Part shown: in pieces, positions 41,301-53,931 of the stretch
How positions within the stretch are numbered: position 1 is the first letter of the stretch
How the letters are laid out: each line of letters opens with the position of its first letter
Assembly (NCBI RefSeq): GCF_001194135.2
Contig: NC_068987.1
Coordinates: 3,220,166 to 3,284,165, forward strand
Origin: Octopus bimaculoides
Taxonomy: Eukaryota
Direction of reading: 5' to 3'
Length of the DNA stretch: 64,000 nucleotides
Program-made: the position numbers and the translations under genes
Notes under the pieces: model-generated
The model's input: the letters and a program-made list of their open reading frames with translations, nothing else
What the model was told of the DNA's origin: nothing
The model's database searches: none

Positions 41301-44300
41301 AAAGAGTTGAGTCATGTACTGAGCAAAGACGAAAGTGGATGAGAGAGGTGATGGCAAGGGACATGGAAGGAAGTGGAGGAAAGGAAGCAAGAGAAAGAAT
41401 GGCTAAAAGTGGTGAAAGATGAAGCGAAGGCTCCTTGTATTCTGTGTTCAAATCCCACTGAGGTTATTTTGCCTTTTATCTTTCTGGGGCCAATAAAATA
41501 AAGCATCAGTCTAGGACAGCAGACATCAAAATTATCTGAATGTCATTCAAGATGTTTTTCAGAATTTGTACCGATGCTTTGCATTTTGAGTTCAAATCCT
41601 ATTGTGCCCTATTTGAGTGGTAGACTTACCTCATGGCCCAGTTTAATCCTACCAACCCCTGGTCTGGTTTAATGCTACCACTTTGCTCGGTTTAACCCCA
41701 CCACCAAGTTTAGGGGGCCTTGGGCACATTCAATGGAGGAATTCATTTTATGGCAAGAATTTTGACCAGATCTCTGACTGGAAGATACCTTCTGCCTTGC
41801 CCCCTCCCATTCACCTCACAACCCCTGATCAAAATTATGGGCACTACCCTTTCACCAGACTAAGCACTATAGTGCTGTGAAGAACAGTGAAAAGAAAACC
41901 AATTATGCTTTTCCCAAGAAGTTATTCAATTCGTTGTTACATCTTTTCATTATTCAGAAAACAAGAATTTTAAATTCCCAGTTTGTGAAGAAAATATTGA
42001 CAGAGTTATGAGGGAAGAAATTTTTGAACAAGAAGTTGAAGAATGAAAAAAGAAACCCAAAAACCAAAGAAAAGAAAATGAAACGAGTGAAGTGAATAAA
42101 GTAACCAGGGAGAAGAAAAATAACAAATACCCCAAAAAACAAAACCCAAACACACAAAAAAATCCAACAAAAAGCACCCGAAGCAAATTTAGGTCAAATT
42201 CGAAACAAAATCCAAGTAAATTTAATGAATGATATTGATGAGAAAAAAAAAGAAAAATCAATAATTTCATTTTTAAAAATAGTCTCAATGTAATTTTAGT
42301 TTCATATAAAGTGTACAGTTTATTGGAAGGAGATGACTGGATGTTACTGCTTCGGCATTGAATGTTTGGCATGGCTGACTGGATATTGAACCTGTTTAGG
42401 TGATAGTAGTTTTTGGCACTGGAGGAGAGCATACACACACACACACACAGAAATATACACATACAGATAACGTGAGAGAGAGACATTACAAGTGATTAAC
42501 TGAACATGGCTGACACACTTTCCTTCTCTTCATGAAGAGAAAAATGAAGAGACGGATGAATTACTGCGAAGCATTTTGTCAGGTATGCTAACGATTCTGC
42601 CAGCTCGCCACCTTATACCCTGCAAATATTCATATCCAGGACCATATGTTCCATGAGAGTTTCCGTATTCTTGGTCTGTGATTTTTGGTTGAACCAAAGG
42701 AATCACAAGATGAAAAGATCAATGTTCACAGGAAATATTTTGGGAAAAGATACCAAAATAATCACTAGAATGAACAGCATACAAAGAAGGACAAAACTAA
42801 ATTCCTTTTGCTCCAATACACAAAAACTTACCATTATGAACTCTGGTAAGACAAAACACATTTTTTTAATAAACCTATTTATTAAGAAATGCATGCACAA
42901 AACCACAAGATCTTCCAATTAATGAGAAATAGAAGTGTTAACAAACTAGAAAATGAACCAAATTAATTAGCAGTGATGAGACATTAACAATATTCAACAA
43001 ATGAAATTCATGCACAAAACACAAAAACAAATTTCAATTAGTAAAACAATTAATTAATCTTTTTGTGATCATATTTCTAATGAAATACACAACCTATTGG
43101 TCTCAATTTTGAAAATAATCAAAAGTTAAGGATTTAGTAAAAACAACCTGTTATTTTCATTAAGCTTGAAAACAGACATATTTTAATGAAGGTTTTAAGT
43201 TGATGGTTTTAAATCAAGAAGGAATCCACCTATAATTGTCCTTGGTTCTATGGATACAATCTCCTATTTAAAATGATCTAAATTAGAACCTGCTATCAAA
43301 ATTTCAAACCAATTTTCCTTCTAAATCCCAGTTTAATAATGAACAGAACCGAGGCTGTTTCAGGCAGGTTTAAACCCACCACAGAATTAAATGCTTTGAA
43401 ACCAACCTGTTTGTTGTTCTTTGATACAAAACAGTCAGTTTTAAAATGTATTTAAATGGAATCCCTTCTCCAAATTTCAGGTAGAATTTAAATCACTTCT
43501 TTAACTTTTTAAAAGACATCTCAACGCTTCTAAAAGCAAACTTCGTTTGTTTATTTACGTTTGTCGTAATTTGAATTTAACATATGAGAGCGTCTCATAA
43601 AGCGAGATTTATATATCTTAATTTGCAGAGGAATTTGTAGTGGGTAGTTTAGCTTAATCGGTCAAAGCGTCGTGACATGTAATCACGGGGAAGTGAGTTC
43701 GTGTCCACAGCTAGCCACCTACACTTTTCTCTGCAAAATAGGGGTAGTTTATCCTGCTCAGGCTATATTATTAGCATTATTCTGCGATTGAGAATTTAAA
43801 ATCACTTCTTTAACTTTCTAAAAGACATCTCAACGCTTCTAAAAGCAAACTTCGTTTGTTTATTTACATTTGTCGTAATTTGAATTTGACATGTAAATAA
43901 TTTAAAAAGGAAAGAACTCTCAATGAAGTTTTTTCTTTTTTTTTTTGCAAAACATTGCACAAATCTGTCCTGATGAGGAGGCCTGACAGGAAATAAACAC
44001 AAATTTATATAAGTTGATGATGATGATGATTTGATTGTAAAAGTTGCCCGGCAACGATGGGCTTTTCAGCCAGTTTTGTATGTGAAATGTAACATGAAAA
44101 AAGTTTCTAGGCATACATGCTGTCATTGTGCTGCTCACTGGCCATGTGCACACAGCTGACAATCATTGGAAGGCAGCCTACTGAGAGAATAGGATTTATG
44201 CAACATGTGTATCAAGAAAATCTGATAACACATTGTATCTCTCTCTCTCTCTCTCTCTCTCCCTCCCCATACACACACACACACACATACACACAATGGA

Positions 44301-47300
44301 AAAGGGATTAAAAATTCAGATGAATACTTCATAAGCATTCTGTAGGGAACAAACTTGGCTAAATTGTCCAGTAGAAGCCATTTTAATTTACATAGATCAT
44401 AAAATTTCTTTCTGCTGCCTGTCCAATATGTAAATCCAAAATTCAGATACCAAATACATTTAGTATAAGATTACAGAGTAAAGAATAGAATTACAAAGAA
44501 TGGAGAATTATATATTCTTTAATTCACTTATGTGTTTTTCAGATAATCTAGCAAATTAAAAAAATCTGTGATGCAGTAACTATGCATATTAATCAGTCCC
44601 ATTTCTGATTAACTATGATTCTACAGAGTTCAAGCATCATCCTATCCCTTTCAAAACTACACTGCATGGCTTGGAATAGAAAACGTTTCAAGGGAGATAG
44701 AAAGTAGTAAAGTTAAAAATATGTGACCAGTATAAGGCATAAGGGAAGTTATTTTAGCAGATCTGCTTAGGAAGAATATTTATTGGGTCATAGTAGAGAT
44801 GTAATATATTTTGTTTCTTAAATCATCTGTCAATTTGAAGAATGCTTATGGCAAAAATTCCTACACCGTTTAAATTATTACTGATTAATTCAAATAAACA
44901 GAGGAGGTGTGTAGAACCAAGCTGTTCAGTAGAAAATTGTTTAGGCCACAATGGAAATGTCATTTGATCAGTATTAAATCTAAATATAAACTATGAGTAG
45001 AAGACAGGAAGAGTTAATGAGAATTCAAACAGAAAATAACTTATATATTATTGACTATAGAAGATATTCAATGTCAAAAGTATTACTTTCCTAAAAAGTG
45101 TGGCTGCTAGAAGAAGAATAGCCTGGGCAAAGTTCAGAGAGCTCCTACCTCTGCTGGTAACAAAGGGCCTCTCGCTCAGAATAAAAGGTAGACTGTGTGA
45201 CTCATGTGTACGAACAGCCATGCTTCATGGCAGTGAAACATGGGCTGTGACTACTGAGGACATGCGTAAGCTCGCAAGGAATGAAGCCAGTATGCTCTGC
45301 TGGATGTGTAACGTCAGTGTGCATACTCGACAGAGTGTAAGTGCCTTGAGGGTAAAGTTGGACCTAAGAAGCACCAGATGTGGTGTGCAAGAGAGACGAC
45401 TGCGCTGGTAGGTCATGTGGTGCGAATGGATGAGGATAGTTGTGTGAAAAGGTGTCACACCCTAGCGGTTGAGGGAACCTGTGGAAGAGGTAGACCCAGG
45501 AAGACCTGGGATGAGGTAGTGAAGCACGAACTTCGACCATTAGGCCTCAGCGAAGCAATGACTAGTGACCGAGACCTTTGGAAATATGCTGCGCTTGAGA
45601 AGACCTGGCAAGCCAAGTGAGACCATAACCCGTAGCCTATGCCAGGGGCGTAACCAGCCCACTTATGCATATCTTTCCTTCATTGGACACTAAACTCTGC
45701 TTGCGAAGACCTGTTGAGGCAAGTAAATTTGAAATCAAATTCGATGACAGCACCGCATGACTGGCACCCGTGCTAGTGGAGCCCTAAGAACACCATCTGA
45801 GCGTGATCGTTGCCAGGGCTGCTGACTGGCCCCCGTGCCAGTGACACGTAAAAAGCACCATTCGAGCGTGATTGTTACCAGCCTTATCTTACTGGCACTT
45901 GTGCTGGTGGCACGTGAAAAACAACAATCAAGCAAGGTCATTGCCAGTGCCACTGGACTGGCTCCTGTGCAGGTGATACATAAAAAACACCACTTGAGCG
46001 TTGCCGTTGGCACGTAAAAGCACCCACTACACTCTCAGAGTGGTTGGCATTAGGAAGGGCATCCAGCTGTAGAAACTCAGTCAAGTCAGATTGGAGCCTG
46101 GTGCAGCCTTCTGGCTCGCCAGTCCACAGTCAAACCCATGCCAGCATGGAAAGCGGTGATGATGATGATGATGATATATAGTGTGTGTGTGTGTGTGTGT
46201 AGCAGAAGTGGAGTGACATTATTTGAAAGCAATGTAAAGTGCATTGTGACCAGTGAGGTATAGCAATATCTGATATAGTCTGGTTGATCATGTGAGATAT
46301 ATATATATATATACATATCAACAAATGTTGTCCATAAATTGCCAACCAAATGCAAGAGTTTCTTAAGTTCAACCCCCAAGTGCTGCACTCAACTCACCTC
46401 ACATAATGTTGCTCCCGCTGCTGGTCACACTCTGCTCATCAAGCATGAAAAGTACTTTTTAATTAACGATGTTCCATTTGTTTCTTCATGCATTCACTAA
46501 CACAGTCTGGTTCCTCTAAACAGAGGGAAATTTATTCCACCTCTTCCTCACCCTCAACCATTTTGTTACCTAGGGACCCCTTTGGTTCCTATTCTACTCG
46601 GATGGGCCCTCCTAGCTATTCCATACTTAAAAAAAAAAACCATATTATATTTTTCATCATCGTTTAACATCCACTTTCCATGCTGGTATGGGTTGGATGG
46701 TTTGACTGGGGACAGGCAAGCCAGGAGGGTGCACCAGGCTCCAATCTGATCTGGCAAAGTTTCTACAGCTGGTGGATGCCCTTCCTAATGCCAACCACTC
46801 TGAGAGTGTAGTGGGTGTGGTATATATATATATATNNNNNNNNNNNNNNNNNNNNNNNNNNNNNNNNNNNNNNNNNNNNNNNNNNNNNNNNNNNNNNNNN
46901 NNNNNNNNNNNNNNNNNNNNNNNNNNNNNNNNNNNNNNNNNNNNNNNNNNNNNNNNNNNNNNNNNNNNNNNAGAACTTGTCAAATACAATTTTGTTAATG
47001 TACAAACAGTTTGTTCTTTTATATAAAACAGATGTTTTTGGAGGGTTTTGTTTAGAAGAGAAAATTATTATTTTTTTTTTTTAAAGAAATAAAAGGATTT
47101 TTTTTCTCCAAAATTCTGACGACTTTTTTTCTCAATATTCAATTCTGTACATCACACCTAACACTCTCTCTCTCTCTCTCTATATATATATGGAGGGAAA
47201 GGATCTTCTGACGTTGGGCCTCACAGAGACGATGACAGGGGACTGAAACTTCTGGCAGTTTGCTATGCTTGAGAAGACACATCAAGCTGAGCAAAATCAT

Positions 47301-50300
47301 GGTTGTCCTTGCATACAGGTGTGTCCCCTGCATCTCTCTTCAGCTAAACAATCCTGGCTCGTAGGTGCTGTGTTAAAGCACTCAGTAAACTCTATAAGGT
47401 GGTGGCTATTAGGAAGGGCATCCATGCCAAAACAGACATGGGGCCTGGGCAGCTCTTCAGCTGGCCAGCTCCTGTCAAACTGTCCAACCCATGCCAACAA
47501 GGAAAACCGGCATTAAATGATGATGATGATGACATACATACATTTGTATACACACAAATGCATATATGCACACACAGACACACAAATACATATATTTATA
47601 CAAATATAAATATAAGAATATTTCTAGTAATAAAACGGTTTCAAGATTAAGAGAAAACATGCAAGTTTTATTAAGCGAAGGAATCATGGAGTCCCATATA
47701 GCTTCAGTGCAGTTAAAAACCACTTTTAACCCAGCAAGGGAACCTGAACATAACCATTCAACCTGCAGCAAATAGCAGCTAAATCCCCCTCAAATCACAC
47801 CTCAATGTCTTAAGAAAACAAAACAAAAAGCAACAAGTTGGTCAATATGGTCCTAGATAGATTAAAAACGTTGAGATTGGAGGATTATGGCAAGAGTGTT
47901 TCTAATTAGGATGCTCGTTAAGAATTAAATAACAACAGTTATCGCTCATACTGCTTCAGACCATTTCTGTATTGGTTAATATTCAGAAGAAAACTTCTGG
48001 TGGTGTAAGTTTGGCAATTAATATAGAATTAATTTATAAACTTATGTTACTTAATAGATACATACACATGTGTATAGATACGCATTAGATAATAATAAAT
48101 GCACCCTTCTAAAGCCTAGCCAGACTCATGGGCCCGGTTTCCCGGTTTCAATGGCATATGTGTTCCCCCCAGCTGGACGGGACACCAGTCCATCGCAGCG
48201 TTACTCATTTTTGCCAGCTGAGTGGACTGGAGCAATGTGAAATGAAGTGTTTTGCTCAAGAACACAACGCGTAGCCCGGTCCAGGAATCGAAACCACAAT
48301 CTTACGATCATGATGCCGACACCCTAACCACTAAGCCACGCGCCTCCACATAGATACGCATTAACACACGCATATACATACATGCATGCATGCATACATA
48401 AGAAACTAAAATGACAAAGGAATGAATAATTATGCCATGCATTCTATTAGCTTACAGCTGTTTCTGCTATAAGATTTCCTTGTCCTTTTAATTTCTTTTT
48501 ACTGCTCTGTACTCGACTGGTGTTTCGTTCTGGAGCATATGTAATATTGAGTTCTAACACCAGGTTATTAGTATTGCTATGCATAAGCAAAATGATATAT
48601 CTATATGTAAATATATATGAGGATATTATTGTTTATAATAATACCAGTGGCTTAGCATGTGAAGAAAAACCCATAATGGTAAAAAATTTATCAATTAGTA
48701 ATTAAGGGTACTAACAAGCATTTTGACTGCTATATTTAGCATGCTGGTAGCACTGCTTGTTACTTCCTTTGATTACTAATTGATACAGATATATGTGTGT
48801 GTGTGTATATATATGTGTGAATATGAACGTGTTTTCTATGTATGCACATACACACACTCAAACACACGTATGTATTTATGAAACACACATATACACACAC
48901 ACATGCAGGCATTGAGGATCCATAAGTGTATACCCATATATGTATACACTTACACGTGTGTTTGTAAATACTTTCTGTGGCTATTGTACACTGTTCTAAA
49001 TGATATTAGTTTTTAAAAAATCATTTCTGTTAAGAATTTGACATTGAAAATTTTAAAACAAAAATATCGGATGAGTTGTGCAGATTTTGTTGGTTCTGAT
49101 TTAGTGTAAAGAGAGCACCAAGCAGTTAGTGTAAAGACGCAAAGCAATGAAGAGCACTCTAAGAATCACCTGCAGTTACAATTGCACAGCACTTGGTATC
49201 AAGGATTCTATTTGTTAATGCCTCAGCGGAAAATCCAGCAAACTACAAGAAAATGGTTGCAAAATAAAAACAATGTTTAACTAAAATCTTCATTAATTTA
49301 TACCCAAGTTATTATGGCATGAAAAAAATCACATGACACAAAATGCTAAAAATTCATAATGTTAGCAATTTTTCCAATATATTTCAAACAATCTGATTGG
49401 AACTTTCAAAGGTAAAATATGAATAACCATTCCTTTAAAATGATTTGTTATATTTCTTTCCGACATAAATTATTAAGCTAAGTTTTGATACGTGCCAATG
49501 CATGAAACTCTCAGCCCTTGAGTCACTCTGTGACTTTTGCTGATTATTAATAATAGACATATATATATATATATATACACGCGATTTCAGTTCTATTTCC
49601 CTGTTTACTTCACCAGACCTAAGGCAAAAATGATTAATATATAATGTAGATTTGTATATTTTCTACTCTAGGCACAAGGCCCGAAATTTTGGGGGTGGGA
49701 ACCAGTCGATTAGATCGATCTCAGTACGCAATTGGTACTTAGTTTACTGACCCCGAAAGGATGAAAGGCAAAGTTGACCTTGGCGGAATTTGAACTCAGA
49801 ACGTAAAGACAGACGAAATACCGCTAAGCATTTTGCCCGGCCTGCTAACGTTTCTGCCAGCTCACTGCCTTAATGTAGATTTTTATAAACAATGTGATGA
49901 AAGAATGTCCTAGAGACAAACAAGTGAATCTGATATGTTGATTTTATAGCAACTCCAAACAAAAAACAGTCAGGTTTCAAAGAATAAGAATTGGTCAAGA
50001 AATGCAGGAATGGTAACTGTACTGATGTGAGCATGCATTACAGATAAATAACATAGGAAGAAATGCCAGAGATGGTGTCAAACAAACATAGCTCAAAGGT
50101 AAGGTAAAGAAGATTTCACGCAGGTAATTCTTCACAGTGGAAATAAAAATATAACTTTTTTTAATTAGCAGCAAAATAGAGCCTGATGAAGGTTAAACCT
50201 CCTCTTCAGGATCTGAAAGTGTCTCAGTCATCATCATTTGCTCAGTCCCTGCTGCTCCATTAGGGTCCCATAATACTCAATATCTGTAGCAACACTGCAC

Positions 50301-51169
50301 ACACCCCACCCCATCATACCCCAAAATATCATCCAGCTGACTGGTCAAGACTCACCGATACACAGCAACCCCTGGATCCTAGAACCAATGTTTCCTCTCT
50401 GTGTCTATTCTAATGATTGTTCAAACATGTCCTAAGGCAACCTAAAGCCCACGTCACTTCCCCTCTCACAGCCCTACTGGATTTCAAACCCACAAATTTA
50501 GCCCTTGTTTCTTCCCCACACGTACTAATGAATTCATTTGAAACTGAACTGAACTGATTAGTCTTCGAGGGTAGTACTTACCTCTTTAATTAAATACATA
50601 AAAACTGAATATAATATAACATAATGTAATGTAATGCAATATAACAAGGACATGTTGGTGTGAGGATACAAACAAACTAATAAGACAACAATGTGTTTTT
50701 CGAGTGGACAAAATTATTGTCACAAAATGTTCCCAGAAAACTGAAGAAATGGTAAAAGATTAATTGTGCTACAAGTGAAAAAATAAGCAATAGAAACAAT
50801 ATTGAAAATACACAAACATAAAAATAATTATGTGTATACATATATATATATATATACATACATATATATATGTATATATGTGTGCATGTGTGTGTATACA
50901 CATATACATATATGGCTGTGTGTGTGTGTATATACATATATATACATTTATATATATGTATATACATATATATATATATGTATATATACATGTATATATA
51001 TATATATATGCATACATATATGTATATATACATGTATATATATATATGTATGTATATGTACCATAATAAACACGTTTATTATAGTAGTTTGACCTTAGAG
51101 TCCCTCTTAGCGTGAGGCATTCTTGTATAGTAATGCCCTTATATAAATAAATATATACATATATCTATA

Positions 51170-51216
<47 letters not shown>

Positions 51217-51377
51217 ACCATAGTTAGCACATAAATGTGAAACAAAGTGGAAAAAAATAGTACTCAAACACCGGAGGTAGAATAATATGCTTTGTTAATA
51301 AAGCTGCAAAGACATCACAAAAAAACTGTTACTCAGAGTGTATATATATGTGTGTGCGTGTGTGTGTGTGTGTGTGT

Positions 51378-51434
<57 letters not shown>

Positions 51435-53895
51435 CACACACACACACCCATAATTCATAAAATAAATGATATTCATGGTTCAAATGGCAGATAAAATGAG
51501 AACGAGACTTTCCAAGCAAAACATGGCTGTGAATAGAAGAAATCAGTTAGAAAATAGATCAAAAATTTACTGCCACACAAAAACAGTATGTATAACACAT
51601 ACATAGAGTGTGCACACACACAAGATCTCAAACAATTTAAACTAATCTTTCCACAGTGAAACAGCAAAAATAAGTTTTGATCTCAAGCTAGCAAAGGTGA
51701 CCTGAATGTTGCAGATTATATTTTGGGGGGAAATCGAGTAATTAATCATCCAAAACTTAATGAGGATAATTAATCTTTCTCCAATGAAAAGCCCTCACAC
51801 CTAATTAATTAATTCTAATGAATGCCTGTCATACTTAACTAATTTATTCAATGCAGGTTCAATCCTTGCCTTAGAAAGCACCATTATGTGTTGTGTACAA
51901 ACAAAATAGCCCCGATTTACTTTGCAATAAACAAGTACCACACTAACATGGTTTAGATGGTTTACTTTTAAAATGCAGGGCCAATTTAAAACCCAATTCA
52001 TAGTAGAAAAGCAATGATAGGGGAAATCCCTATTTCATGAGATTTCTCACTTTTATAATGGTAGGAAAGCAGTAAACTCCACCACTTCACCATTTCTGTA
52101 AGATATTGGTCACGTCCATTTTTTCCTGCTAGAATGGGTTGTATGGAATTTATTGAGGCAGATTTTCTATGGCCAGAGGTCTGTCCTGTAGCCAACCCTC
52201 ATTTGTTTTCAAGTCAGGTAATTATTCCCTATGACCCAACATATTTTCTTGGAATATTGGGAATGAAGAACACCACTTGCATGCAGGTGACAATCTGCTG
52301 AGCAAAATCTTGCTATATACAAGTCCTACAAATAACCCTTCTCTATGTTTTACTGAAGCAAGTTACAGACCAAATCAAAAGAAATAAATGAAAATAAAAA
52401 TGAAATTATTAACATTTCAAGCAAATCTAATGAAACCTTCTTTCAACATTAGACTGGTTTCAGAAGACAGATGTTTCATTTCGAAATGCAAAATTCACTG
52501 TATTAATAACAGAAGAAAATATTTGAATTCAAAACAGTCAAACATAGACAATAAATACATTGTTATATTTGAAATAACAAAGAGAAACAGAAAAATAAAT
52601 TGTTAAATAACATTTAACAACAATTAATCTCACTCAAATGATTAGATTTATTTGTTTATATATATATAAATAATTTCTAAACGTTGATTCCAAAAAATGT
52701 TTTAGGCAACACCTTAGTAATAGGAATATAAAGTTTTGATGAAGATTATGAACAGCAGTTAAAAGATTCATAAACAACATTGACAGATGACAGATTACCA
52801 TTACAAAACAGTATAAACACTGCACTAATAAATACAAGATATAAATTGTTTGCATTTACAGGTAAGCTACAAATAAGCTACAACATGCATACAATATGCA
52901 AAGTATTTTTTTTTTTTGAAGACAAATTTTCATTAAAGTATAACCACTAATTCTAACAACAACACTATAAAAAAGAATAAAAGTTTATAAACAGTGTGTG
53001 TATAAATTTGCATTCATAGAAATAAAATGGCTTGTCTAATAGAAACTCATGAATTGTAAAAGAGAAACGAACGTTATTGTCCTTTACATTCACTTATTCC
53101 CAGCAGCTTTTTGCTATTGACGCCACCAAAATGAGCAAAGGCACAAAACTGTTCTGGTTTTTGAGCAATAACTGACCAGAGAAGAGCGTGTCAATGTGTT
53201 CATCATCATCATCGTTTAACGTCCACTTTCCATGCTAGCATGGGTTGGACGATTTGACTGAGGACTGGTGCAACCGGATGGCTACACCAGGCTCCAATCT
53301 AATTGTTGTCTGTGAATTTTCCATGTGTTCCTTCGTTGTCCTTCTGTGTGATTTCTTAATCATATCATAAATATAGATGAAACCCCACCCTCCGAGCTTG
53401 AAGCTGTGCAAGCCACATGGCAACCTCAATGGTACAAGTGGTATGAAAAAATCACTTGGTCACGCCTGAAAGTGGTTGGTATTAGGAAGGGAATCCAGCC
53501 ATAAAAACCATGCCAAAACAGACAGTTGGAGCTAAATGCATTTCATGAACACATCCAACCCTTGTCAAATCGCCCAACCCATGCCAGCATGGAACACGGA
53601 CATTAAATGATGATGATAATGATAATATATATATATATACATAGGCTCTGTCAGCCACACAAAGTTGCACATACGATATCACTGCATAGCAGCATAGACA
53701 AATGCTTTCAACCATAGATGTTGATGCTCATCTTCTAAATATTATGTGTGTGCATGAATGTGTCCATGTCTGTGTAGAATAAAGAATAAATAATTTCTAA
53801 AAGAGTTCACTGAAGTTTGCACCACTTGTAAGTGAAATTTGAGAGAGGGAGAGGAGCTATCTAGAAACTCATCAATTGTGTGTGTGTGTGTGTGT

Positions 53896-53931
<36 letters not shown>

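Noticed and set aside
41950-42486. 178-aa F/L-rich minus-strand ORF and K/N/E-rich plus frame
   Set aside because: Compositional: A-rich sequence, internal stops on the plus strand, no recognisable motif or splice support
44560-44645. ATA GTT ACT GCA resembling a third copy of the duplicated exon
   Set aside because: In-frame stop, no donor and no FAG start
47761-47835. GCTGCAG|GT resembling the end of the duplicated exon
   Set aside because: Appears to be part of a dispersed repeat; the translation is unrelated
50180-50230. CTGATGA...GAAA hammerhead-like spacing
   Set aside because: No stem I pairing and no convincing stem II
50677-51115. Y/I/V/C-rich ORFs
   Set aside because: Translations of TA/CA microsatellites
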